Source of the DNA: a virus
Direction: 5' to 3' (one strand)
DNA length: 64,000 nt
Virus record (IMG/VR): IMGVR_UViG_3300049734_000491
Location: 63,993-127,992 of that record
This document shows positions 19,253-28,210 of the stretch, one piece after another (position 1 is the first letter of the stretch; each line of letters begins with the position of its first letter). The translations under genes were made by a program, and so were the position numbers. The notes beneath the pieces are model-generated. The model saw nothing but the letters and a program-made list of their open reading frames with translations, was not told where the DNA came from and searched no databases.

Positions 19253-19747
19253 TCAGTTGTCGAGGTCAGCGAGACAGGTCACGCCGGCCGCGATGATGGT
19301 CTGTGCAGCCTCCTCGTGGGCGAGGCGGGTGTCACGGATGGAGTTCTCTTGGGTGAGCAGCCAGCCCGCACGGGCGAGATGGTCGTCGGCGGTTGCCTTC
19401 AACCATTCAACCCATCGTCCATCGGGCAGGATGAACGACTGCTCCATGAGCAGCCGACGGGCGGTAGTGGGGTCGGCTCCGGCCGCGATGTCGGTCCGGA
19501 CTCGGATCTCGGTCCGACGAACCTCGGCCCGCTGAATGCGGGACACCTCGTAGCGCACGAGCTGGAGCAGCCAGCGCCGTCGCTCGGACTCGGTGAGCGC
19601 AGCGATGGCTGCCTCGGCGATGTCCTGCTGATCTTCGAGACCCGAAGCGATCGCAGCCTTGATGTGGGCGTAGAGCGACGTGGGTGTCGTGACAGCCGAC
19701 GGGAGGGTAGTGGTTGTCGGTGTTGTTGGTGGTGCTTGGAACGTCAT
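19253..19747 (-). CDS. Tas-associated partner protein 1 (function unknown)
   Basis: DGRWVEWLKATADDHLARAGW...IAAGVTCLADL; paralog of 60863-61561. Confidence 0.7.
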   Translation of the reverse strand: MTFQAPPTTPTTTTLPSAVTTPTSLYAHIKAAIASGLEDQQDIAEAAIAALTESERRRWLLQLVRYEVSRIQRAEVRRTEIRVRTDIAAGADPTTARRLLMEQSFILPDGRWVEWLKATADDHLARAGWLLTQENSIRDTRLAHEEAAQTIIAAGVTCLADLDN

Positions 19748-19818
19748 GGCGGTGACTATAACACACGGTCCTTCGCTGCTGACAAATTACCTGTGGTATC
19801 CACAGGAAGGAGCTCGCT

Positions 19819-19944
19819 GTGAGTCCCCGAGGAAGAGATCCTGATGACCCAGACGAGTTCCTGCTGTTCGTGCTGGTCGGCCTCGCTTGCCTGGTCCTGC
19901 TGTTCTACTGGTTCCTGTGGTGGTACCGAACAGGCGGGTCGTAA
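19819..19944 (+). CDS. Small membrane protein
   Basis: AAGGAG RBS; MSPRGRDPDDPDEFLLFVLVGLACLVLLFYWFLWWYRTGGS (41 aa, one TM helix). Confidence 0.5.
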   Translation: MSPRGRDPDDPDEFLLFVLVGLACLVLLFYWFLWWYRTGGS

Positions 19945-19949
19945 CAGGA

Positions 19950-19978
19950 TTGACACGAACGGAACCCATCTGTAGTAC
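19950..19978 (+). promoter_or_regulatory. SigA-like promoter for the transglycosylase gene
   Basis: TTGACA-17 nt-TAGTAC. Confidence 0.65.
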
Positions 19979-20064
19979 CCTGCCACAAACGAACGGAGCG
20001 ACCCCCCCTGCCAAGAGAAGGTCGCTCCGTTGTCCTAATCATCCACTGAAAGGACCCGCCGATT

Positions 20065-20517
20065 ATGGCACGCCCCAAGGCGCTCCGGCGAAAGATTCTG
20101 CTCGCAATCGGAGCCCTGCTCAGCTTCGGTACCCTCGCAGCCTGCTCGCCACACCAGATCGCTGTGTTCAACAGCCTCTCTCCCGAAGGACAGACTGCAG
20201 TGCTCCAGGAGCTGCAGCGTCAACAGGGCGGAGGAGGAAGTGGTGGTGACTGCTACAGCGCCATCGAACAGGTCTGGCCCGGACATCTCCAGGCCAAGGC
20301 TCGGACCATCGTGTCCCGCGAGTCCGGCAACAACCCCAGTGCCCAGAACCGTTCATCATCCGCGGCGGGTTGTTGGCAAATCCTGACTGGCTCGTGGATC
20401 GACCCCGGCGGCTGCCCGAGGTCAACTCGTTACGACGCCGTGTGCAACACCCGTGCAGCGCTGGCGCTCTACAACTCGGCCGGCGGTTGGTCGCCGTGGA
20501 GGCTGACCGCCTACTGA
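20065..20517 (+). CDS. Secreted lipoprotein, lytic transglycosylase (SLT/Rpf-like)
   Basis: Signal peptide with LAAC lipobox; IVSRESG..P.AQN..SSAAGCWQI; GWSPW. Confidence 0.8.
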   Translation: MARPKALRRKILLAIGALLSFGTLAACSPHQIAVFNSLSPEGQTAVLQELQRQQGGGGSGGDCYSAIEQVWPGHLQAKARTIVSRESGNNPSAQNRSSSAAGCWQILTGSWIDPGGCPRSTRYDAVCNTRAALALYNSAGGWSPWRLTAY

Positions 20518-20655
20518 TGTTCACCCTGTCGTAACGGACCATTCCGGTAGGGTTCCGGCAGATCGATCCCCCCTGGTCGATTCGGATGGCGGGTAGCGTG
20601 GCCCCCCTCGCTGCCCGCCATCTGCGCGTCCGGCCACTGGAGAGGATCAAGGCTG

Positions 20656-20766
20656 ATGGGCGACGTCCCGCGCGAGATGGCCGTGATCATGGCGTGGTTC
20701 GTCGGTCTGGTGATCGGCTACTTCCTCATCGAGACTGTGGTGCTCTGGCTGGTATTCCGGTTGTAG
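20656..20766 (+). CDS. Small membrane protein
   Basis: MGDVPREMAVIMAWFVGLVIGYFLIETVVLWLVFRL with AGGA RBS. Confidence 0.4.
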   Translation: MGDVPREMAVIMAWFVGLVIGYFLIETVVLWLVFRL

Positions 20767-20918
20767 TCACCCCTCCAGCCAGCTCGGCCAGTAGGATTTC
20801 GCTGTGTCTGGCGAATCCAAGGAAGAGCGCGAGAAACGCTACGACCGTGAAGACCGCGAGGACCGTCAAGAGCCAGACCCCGATGGCGGGTACCTCGAGG
20901 ATCCTGAGGAGGTAGCCC

Positions 20919-21140
20919 GTGAGCGACGACGACTCAGACGGCGACGAGCGAACCCTCCGAGAGCGGATCGGTGATGCTGTCGAAGGTCTCGGTGAACGGA
21001 TCGGCGGCAGTGACGAAGCCGAGTTCTTCGAGGACGTTGAGGAGAACGAGGAAACCGACGAGCGCGGGATCTTCCGCAGGTTCGCCGGCCGGCTTCCCCT
21101 CCGGCGTCATCCTGACTCAGTGGACGAAGATGAGCGCTGA
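20919..21140 (+). CDS. Small acidic hypothetical protein
   Basis: GAGGAGG RBS; 73 aa. Confidence 0.5.
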   Translation: MSDDDSDGDERTLRERIGDAVEGLGERIGGSDEAEFFEDVEENEETDERGIFRRFAGRLPLRRHPDSVDEDER

Positions 21141-21508
21141 CGTCGTTCCTCACGACAGATCCGGCACGTCCTTGACACGTAGCCGTCAGTGCCTCGCTGC
21201 CAGTACGTGGACTCTTCGGTGTAAGGATGACCGTGGATGCACGCCACCTTGCGTTCATTCCGACGTCGCCGGTTCTCGGCGAGGGTGACAGCCTCAAGAT
21301 GGCCAAGGTTCACACAACCTCGGTTGCCGCACAGGTGGTCGACTTCCCAGCCAGGTTCGAGAGGACCGTTGGCTTCGATCCACACCCAGCGGTGAGCCGG
21401 CGTTGTGGTGGCACGTCCATCGACCTTGATGTGTTTCGTCCCGTACCCGTTGGGTTTCAGGGCGCCAGACCACAATTCACAGTCTTCAGTGTTCACTCCG
21501 ATACCCAT
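21107..21508 (-). CDS. HNH homing endonuclease
   Basis: [35 protein letters not shown]. Confidence 0.88.
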   Translation of the reverse strand: MGIGVNTEDCELWSGALKPNGYGTKHIKVDGRATTTPAHRWVWIEANGPLEPGWEVDHLCGNRGCVNLGHLEAVTLAENRRRRNERKVACIHGHPYTEESTYWQRGTDGYVSRTCRICREERRQRSSSSTESG

Positions 21509-21543
21509 CCTTGGATCATGACAGGAATGGAGGTGTAACGACA

Positions 21544-22242
21544 ATGTCTTGGTATGTTGCTCAGTCGCTCGATCAGCTGCTCGATGAGATCAACGCCAGT
21601 GCCCCCGGCAGGAGCAAGGCCTCCGACGGGAGCATCGGCGATGCAGATCACAGCAGCCGTACGAGCGACCATTAGCGCAATCCCTGCGATTGCCACCGAG
21701 CTGTCTGTGCTCGGGACTTCACACACGATCCCGGCGGCGGCTTCGACTCCTACGCGTTCGCCCACTGGTTGGCTGAGCGAACCAAGGGCCCCGAGACCAG
21801 GGTCAAGTACATTATAAGCAATGGTCAGATTGCTAGCGGACAGGGGCAGGACTACCCAGCTGGCGTCTGGCGGCCCTACACGGGAAGCAACCCCCACGAC
21901 CATCACGTCCACGTGTCGGTACGCCACGGCTCCGAGCTGTTCGACAACGCCGCAGGCTGGAGTTGGTCGGGAGCGGCGCCAGGCCCCGGCCCCGGCCCGG
22001 AGCCGCCAGAACCAGAGATCCCACAAGGAGTATTCGACATGTTCGTTCTGATCGCCGACCAAAAGCCCGGTGCGTTGCTCGGCAACGTCTACTTCGAGTT
22101 CGCCATGGAGGAGTACCTCGCGGCGCAGAAGTACTCGCCGAACGTGCCGGTCATGCAGATCGGCCCGGAAACGAACGGCCTTGGCCGTCAGTGGCTGGTC
22201 GATCGTCTCCGCGAGCAGTCGGCCAAGGCAACCGGAACCTGA
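21544..22242 (+). pseudogene. Endolysin (Zn peptidase-like, HVHVS family) interrupted by an in-frame TAG at 21673-21675
   Basis: [62 protein letters not shown], all in one frame. Confidence 0.75.
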
Positions 22243-22322
22243 TTGGTGTGGGTGACGGCTTGGACGGCACTCATCGTCTTGGCTCTCGCCCTGCTCTACA
22301 TCTGGGCGACCGGCTATGACCC

Positions 22323-22559
22323 ATGACGACGAGTTCCGCCCCGAGTTGGTCAAGCTCTGCCTCTAGAAGTGCAGATGAAGGACCATCGTTCATCACGCTG
22401 CTCTCCCTGATCTTGGGAGTGTTGCTGATCATCGAGGCCTTCCGCACCGACGATGCGATCTGGGCTGTTCTCGGCGGGGTGTTCCTCGGGATCCCGGGCA
22501 TCACCGAGCTCGTGAGCTACGTCCGGAACTGCGAGCCAACCGTGGGGAGAGAGCAGTGA
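22323..22559 (+). CDS. Putative holin (two TM helices)
   Basis: Two hydrophobic segments; downstream of the endolysin. Confidence 0.5.
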   Translation: MTTSSAPSWSSSASRSADEGPSFITLLSLILGVLLIIEAFRTDDAIWAVLGGVFLGIPGITELVSYVRNCEPTVGREQ

Positions 22560-22831
22560 AGTCCGTGACGTGGCTCAGCCTCGTGGCGTTCTTCGTCGTC
22601 GTGCTGGTGGTGTCGACGATGTCCACGGTCTCGGTTGACGAACTCCGAGATCGGCTCGGCCCGATGGCCGACTGTCTGGCCGAGAAGAGATGCGAGATCG
22701 TGCCGGTCACCGCTCCCGCCATAGAGCAGCCAACCGCCTGCCCACTGGGATCGACACTGACCCCGTTCTCGGTTTATCAACGCCAGCCGGTCGAGGCCGA
22801 CCGAACGATCCTGGTCTGCGTTCCGGACTAG
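22556..22831 (+). CDS. Membrane-anchored protein of the lysis cassette
   Basis: N-terminal TM helix, Cys-containing ectodomain, GTGA overlap. Confidence 0.45.
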   Translation: MKSVTWLSLVAFFVVVLVVSTMSTVSVDELRDRLGPMADCLAEKRCEIVPVTAPAIEQPTACPLGSTLTPFSVYQRQPVEADRTILVCVPD

Positions 22832-23769
22832 AGCTCAACTCCCGCACGACGGAGTTGGGCCCGCAGGTTCTTGATCGACCGGTGGTCCGAAGGCGTGCTC
22901 GGTCCGATCAACGTCCTCGTGCCGTTCCCGTTCTGAGGGATCATCTTGACGTGTCCACCGCCGGAGCGCTCCAGCGTGTAGCCCTGCGCCGCCACGGTGC
23001 CGTACAGGTTCCGCAGGTCCTTGTCGGTGACCGACGAGGGGACCGCTGAGAGCCTCGGCTTGACCGTCTTGTCCTTCTTCTCGGTTCCGTCCGAGTCCCC
23101 GTCCATCTCGGGCAGGAGATCCATGACGATGGGGTCGTCGTCAGTGGTCTCCTGCAGCAGGCTCTCGATCCGGTCGATCTTCTCGGTCATCTCCAGCCAC
23201 GCTGCGAAGGTCTCCGAGACGAAGTTCTGGAGCTGGTCGGTCATCTGCCGGTAGCCCTCGATCAGGACTGCGATCTGGCTGGGCTCGAGCGCAGCCGGCG
23301 GAGGAAGCTCGCTGAGGTCAGCCAGGATTTGAGCGGCTCGGCTGGCTGGCAGTTCCACGCTCACCCTGACCAACGGCTCATTGCTCAGATCGACGGGCTT
23401 GATGTCCGGGACCGACGGGAGTTCGGCAGCCGAAGGAATCTCAGCCACCTTTTCAGGTTCCGTTGACACTTCTGGCTCCAACGCTCCTTGAACCTCGTGG
23501 GGAGATCCAAGCTCTTCTCGGGTCGCAGGAGCCAAGTCGATCCTGGTCGAGATTCGGGATGACTTGCGCTCCACCACGACCCGACCACTCTTCTCGAGGT
23601 TCTTGACGTGGAAGAACCACGAGGCGTTGGAGACCTTGTACTCGGGATGCTCGTCCAGCATCTGCTGGGAGATCTCCCACGCCTTCTTGATGGCGTTGGC
23701 TCTGGTTGGTCGATGGTCCTTGATGGGTCCGTGTTCCCGTAGGAAGTCGATGAGTGTGTCTTGATTCAT
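22828..23769 (-). CDS. Protein with N-terminal wHTH-like and C-terminal HicA-like domain
   Basis: C-terminus GYTLERSGGGHVKM...PSTPSDHRSIKNLRAQLRRAG. Confidence 0.6.
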   Translation of the reverse strand: MNQDTLIDFLREHGPIKDHRPTRANAIKKAWEISQQMLDEHPEYKVSNASWFFHVKNLEKSGRVVVERKSSRISTRIDLAPATREELGSPHEVQGALEPEVSTEPEKVAEIPSAAELPSVPDIKPVDLSNEPLVRVSVELPASRAAQILADLSELPPPAALEPSQIAVLIEGYRQMTDQLQNFVSETFAAWLEMTEKIDRIESLLQETTDDDPIVMDLLPEMDGDSDGTEKKDKTVKPRLSAVPSSVTDKDLRNLYGTVAAQGYTLERSGGGHVKMIPQNGNGTRTLIGPSTPSDHRSIKNLRAQLRRAGVEL

Positions 23770-23818
23770 GGTTTTGTTCCTTGTCGTCGTCTGTGTCGGG
23801 GTCTGGTGAATGCTGCTG

Positions 23819-25286
23819 TCAGGCTGCTGGCAGGTTGGTGAGCCACTCCTGAGCCGTGATCAGGTTCCCCTTCCACAGGACGTCTGCGCGCCCCATCGAA
23901 GAGGTCTCACCGTCAGGATCAAGTCGTTCAACCAGTTGACGGGTTACGGTGACCAGAACCTGCTCGCGCTGCTTCTCGGTCCGGGTCAGGAGACCCGAGG
24001 TCTCGCCCAACCGCATCGCTCTCTGAATGGCCGTGGTGATGTTTTCGTTCTCACCCTCGACCACACGCGTCACGAGCGACGGTGGGTCATCCGGATTCAT
24101 GGCCGGCACCATCAGTGTGATCGCCATCATGTTGTCGTTGTTCTCCTTGGTAATTACGAACGCCCAGGTGCGTCGAGGAACGCCCTGAGCCTGTGCCAAC
24201 ACTCTACTTCCACAGATGAGTTGACCCAACCGACGCCTGAGAAGAGGTCCTCGAGGTGGCGGGCGTGGGAAGTAGGCACGCCCCAGACGAAGCTCGGCTG
24301 GGTCGGTGTGATGGGCGTACTCCCCACACCCGCGCTCGGGTCCCGCGCCAGATCCTCACGATGCTGGATCACATCACGGATGGTGAGGTTCAGGAGCCGG
24401 TGGACGTGATGATCGCGGTAGCCGGCGATGAAGAGGTTGTTGGTCCAGATGACCTCGTCGACAGCGAGATCACCGAACCGCCGAAACTGACCACCGATCC
24501 CCAGCTCGGTCACTTCAGGCACTCGCCCGTCGCAGGTCGACATCAAGATCGGGATAGACAGCCAGCACCTCTTGGCGGGCGTCCTCCACCATCTCTGCCC
24601 AGAGTTCGGGATCGTTCTGCTTGATCCACCGAACAGCTGCAGTCGTCGCCTTCCGCTGGCTGAGCTGGCTCAGACGGGTACGGCCACGCTTGTTGGCCCG
24701 AACCTCCGCCATCTTGGCGGAAGCAGCTGCTGTGCAATCTTCGCAACGGCACTTCCACCTCTGGTACGTCGACGCGGAGATGGGCAGGTCTGGCGATACG
24801 TGCACTACCTGGGCCGTTGACACAGCTGTACCTTTGGTCGTGTTCGTGCGTACGGTTCCGAACCTCTCGGACACGTACCCACTACAAGAGTAAGGCATCC
24901 ACGAACTGTCTCAAAGAATTTCATGCACGAAGTTCACACGGTGTTCACAGGATCACTACCAGCGGTTAGTCGCTGAGTAGATCAACCATCTCGCGAGTGG
25001 CCTCGTGGCAGTCCCGACACCGGCAGCCGAGGAAGAAGGCGTCCCAGTGCGGAGGCCCGAACTCGATGATGTGCCGGAGCGAAGTCACCCGCCGACGTGA
25101 CGACGGACTCCAGCAATCGTCCACGGTGGTTCCGCAGATGCTGCACTGACCTTTCGACCTTCGCTGGGCTAGCACCAGCTCTTGGATCTCTGGTTCGGCA
25201 TCGTTCATGAGCTCGGTGAGGCACAGGCAGCAGATTCTCAACGGCTGATGTTTCAGCCGAGAGAGCCGATGGACTCTGAACGGCAT
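23819..25286 (-). CDS. Four small hypothetical genes (23819-24229, 24154-24546, 24515-24898, 24966-25286); two carry CxCxxC zinc motifs
   Basis: Adjacent or overlapping - strand ORFs; CRCEDC and CRCRDC motifs. Confidence 0.5.
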
Positions 25287-25297
25287 GACCGATGAGG

Positions 25298-27124
25298 TCA
25301 GTCAGCCAGGAGTTCGGCGAACTCTTCGTCCCGGAGAACCTCTTGGGCCCGTCGGGACTTGTCGAACAGCATACGCAGTTGCTTCTGCTCCACAGAGTCC
25401 TCCACGAGGTAGTCGATGTACCGGATGTGCTCGTGGATCTCCGATCCGATCCGAAGATTCCGAGCCTGGACCTGCCAGTGAACGACCGATGACCACGGCC
25501 TTACGAGCCTCACCATCGTATCGGCTGCGGTGAGGGTGATGCCCTCGGAACCGGCCCTCGTGATGACGATCATCTTGTACTCGCCGGACTGGAACTCGTC
25601 GATCACCTTCTGCCGATCGTCACCCGTCACGTCCCCGTTGATGTAGCCGTGGGGAATGTCGTCGGCGGTCAGGGCGGCATCCAACAGGTTCGCCACCTGA
25701 CGGCTGTCGGAGAACACGATGAGGCCGGCAGCGCTGTCGTAGTCGCCCGACTCGTAGTCCTCGAGGAACGCCTCGACCTTGAACGACGACGTCATCTGGA
25801 GCCGGACCGACACCTCGCCGGTCTCGGGGTCGGTGTCCTCCTCCACCGTGCCCGTGCCGTTGGCCAGCTGGATGAGCCGGTTGGCCGCCTCCATGCGGGT
25901 GGCCGAGGTGAGCGTGCCCTCGCCCCCCGACTCGGCCATGTTGGCGATCAGCTTGCGCTTCATGTCCTTGTAGACCTTGCGAGCCTGCGCCGGCATCTCG
26001 ACCCAGCGCTCCTCGAAAGAGTGCTCGGGCAGGAACGGAGCCACCATCTTGGTGGTGAGCCGCCTCGAGTAGGCGTCGATGATCGTCAGGAACTCGTCCT
26101 TGTGGATCGGGTTGAGTCCGTCGATCGTGCGGCCTCCCCAAACGTTTTCACCTACCAAGAGGAACCGATCCAGGTACTGAGTTTTGCGGGTGAAGGCCTC
26201 GGGGTCGATGAAGTAGAGCACCGACCACAGATCCTCGGGCGTGTCCTGGATGGGCGTGCCGGTCAGACCGATCCGGTACGGAGCTGAGCCGGCCGCGGCC
26301 CACAGCGCTCGGGTGGTCTGGGACTTCGGGGTCTTGGCTCGATGGACCTCATCGGCGATCACCGTGCGGAAGTCGATCTGCTGGAGCTCCTTGGGCTCCT
26401 TCTGCTTGTCCGTGAGCTTGGTCGAGCCGAACGGGGCGAGCCGGCTGTGTCCAGCCAACCCTCCGTAGCCGATCACGTACACGTCGGCGCCCGGATCCAA
26501 GGCCTTGCGGCGGTTGGTGGGGGTGCCCTGCACGACCCTGATGTCGGCTGACGGCAGCCACTTCTCGAGCTCCCGCCGCCAGTTGATCACTACCGACTTC
26601 GGACAGACGATCAGTGCAGGAAATGGATCATCAAGTGACAGCATCCCGGCGATGGCCGTGCGGGTCTTCCCTGCTCCGGTCTCGTCGTACAGCATGAACC
26701 GCCCGTTGGAGCCGTAGATCATCTGGGCCCCGACCTTCTGGGCCGACAGCAGGTGGATCCACTGGTGCTCGTGGTCGGGATCGTTCAGCAAGCCGACCTG
26801 GCTGGCCCAGAAGTCCGAGCTGGAATCCTCCAGCGAGGTTCGCAGCTCAGTCATCCTCTCGATGCGAGCCTTCTCGGCGTACGCCCACTTGGTCAGGTGG
26901 GGCCCGATCGAGAGTTGCTCACCGAGCTCGGCCCGTAGCGCCAGACAGGTCTGCCAGCGGAGGGGGAACACCCACAGCCGGCTTCCGTCGGTCTGCCAGT
27001 GGCCCGAGAGCACCGCCTTCATCGACTCCACGAGCCGGTAGTCCGACTCCACCGAGATCACTCCCGGCCGGTCCTCTCGGATCTCGGCGTAGGCCCGAGC
27101 TGTCATCGTCGTCGTCGTTGTCAT
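25298..27124 (-). CDS. SNF2-family (SF2) DNA helicase
   Basis: DETGAGKT, DEVH, LTGTP, GSEGITLT, Q..AR..RIG. Confidence 0.92.
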   Translation of the reverse strand: MTTTTTMTARAYAEIREDRPGVISVESDYRLVESMKAVLSGHWQTDGSRLWVFPLRWQTCLALRAELGEQLSIGPHLTKWAYAEKARIERMTELRTSLEDSSSDFWASQVGLLNDPDHEHQWIHLLSAQKVGAQMIYGSNGRFMLYDETGAGKTRTAIAGMLSLDDPFPALIVCPKSVVINWRRELEKWLPSADIRVVQGTPTNRRKALDPGADVYVIGYGGLAGHSRLAPFGSTKLTDKQKEPKELQQIDFRTVIADEVHRAKTPKSQTTRALWAAAGSAPYRIGLTGTPIQDTPEDLWSVLYFIDPEAFTRKTQYLDRFLLVGENVWGGRTIDGLNPIHKDEFLTIIDAYSRRLTTKMVAPFLPEHSFEERWVEMPAQARKVYKDMKRKLIANMAESGGEGTLTSATRMEAANRLIQLANGTGTVEEDTDPETGEVSVRLQMTSSFKVEAFLEDYESGDYDSAAGLIVFSDSRQVANLLDAALTADDIPHGYINGDVTGDDRQKVIDEFQSGEYKMIVITRAGSEGITLTAADTMVRLVRPWSSVVHWQVQARNLRIGSEIHEHIRYIDYLVEDSVEQKQLRMLFDKSRRAQEVLRDEEFAELLAD

Positions 27125-27181
27125 CCGGTCAGACTACACTGTCGTGAAGGCGTCGTGATCATTTCAGGTAGGGCTGTCGAC

Positions 27182-27766
27182 ATGTGCAGGGTTGATGGAT
27201 GTGATCGTCTACCGAGCGTTCGAGAGATGTGCAGTGCTCACTACGCTCGATGGAGAAAGGGCACAGATCTGACTGTTCCCCTGCGTCGGCACTTCCCATC
27301 GGGAGAGGCTTGGCAGCACTTCCTTGATCACTATATGCAATCGCAAGAAGAGTGTCGGATCTGGCTGTACGGATACAGCATGGGGGGTTATCCAATAGTC
27401 GGTGTTCCAGAGGTGGGTGTGCGTACTGTACACACCCTCGTTTGTGAACTGACTGAAGGACCGAAGCCGTTCAAGAAGGCACATGCTGCACACAGCTGTG
27501 GCGTCAAGTCCTGCTGGAACGCAGCTCACATTCGTTGGGCCACACCAGCAGAGAACTCCGCTGATCGACTTGCTCACGCAAACACTCCTGGCAAGGAGCG
27601 GGATCGTACTGCCAACCTCAAGCTGATGCCTGATCAGGTCCGCAGGATTCGGAACTCGTATGCCGAAGGTTCGATCACTCAGAGGGAGCTGGGAGAACAT
27701 TTTGGTGTGAGCCAAGACACCATTAGCCGCATCGTGAATCGGAAGACTTGGGACTGGCTGGATTGA
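27182..27766 (+). CDS. HNH endonuclease with C-terminal HTH
   Basis: AHSCG..CWNAAHIRWATPAEN; TQRELGEHFGVSQDTISRI. Confidence 0.85.
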   Translation: MCRVDGCDRLPSVREMCSAHYARWRKGTDLTVPLRRHFPSGEAWQHFLDHYMQSQEECRIWLYGYSMGGYPIVGVPEVGVRTVHTLVCELTEGPKPFKKAHAAHSCGVKSCWNAAHIRWATPAENSADRLAHANTPGKERDRTANLKLMPDQVRRIRNSYAEGSITQRELGEHFGVSQDTISRIVNRKTWDWLD

Positions 27767-27769
27767 TCA

Positions 27770-28192
27770 TCATACACGGCGTGTAAGGGTTCGTAAGTAG
27801 AGGAGAGCATGTCGTGCAGCATCACGAGCGTGCTCACCCTTGACGTAGGCACCTAGATCCTTGAGGTTCTCGTTTCCGAAGGCCGCCTTGGCATCGGCCG
27901 GCGACTGCATCCGGATCGGGATCTCCCGATTGACCCCGATGCACAGTGCCGCCCCGATCACGTACACGGCGTCGTACTGGCTGGACAGCTTCGTGGTGCG
28001 GGGAGTGAACACGAATCGCTCGATCCCGATGCCTTCCACGGTCAGCATCACGGCTGAGTCGTAGAGCCACCGCATCGCTGCCTCGAGAGCGAGCTCAAGA
28101 CTGTCGACGACCTCAACCGTCTTGTTGTAGCTGTCCCACTCGAGGACGGCCAGTCCCGTAGTTCCGCCTGGGTCGACCCCGAGGACTCTCAT
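27770..28192 (-). CDS. RuvC-like Holliday junction resolvase
   Basis: VLGVDPGGTTG, IERF, HARDAARH. Confidence 0.85.
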   Translation of the reverse strand: MRVLGVDPGGTTGLAVLEWDSYNKTVEVVDSLELALEAAMRWLYDSAVMLTVEGIGIERFVFTPRTTKLSSQYDAVYVIGAALCIGVNREIPIRMQSPADAKAAFGNENLKDLGAYVKGEHARDAARHALLYLRTLTRRV

Positions 28193-28210
28193 TTGATCAA
28201 CCCTCCACGA

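Noticed and set aside
19670-19735. Guide-like CGACAA-CCA and CGACAC-CCA motifs in the 5' end of partner gene 1
   Set aside because: No closing stem, spacing off by one, and explainable by Thr/Pro codons.
21673-21675. Genome-wide TAG reassignment
   Set aside because: TAG ends several clear genes (e.g. at 653, 12406, 49151) and no other gene appears split; no suppressor tRNA seen.
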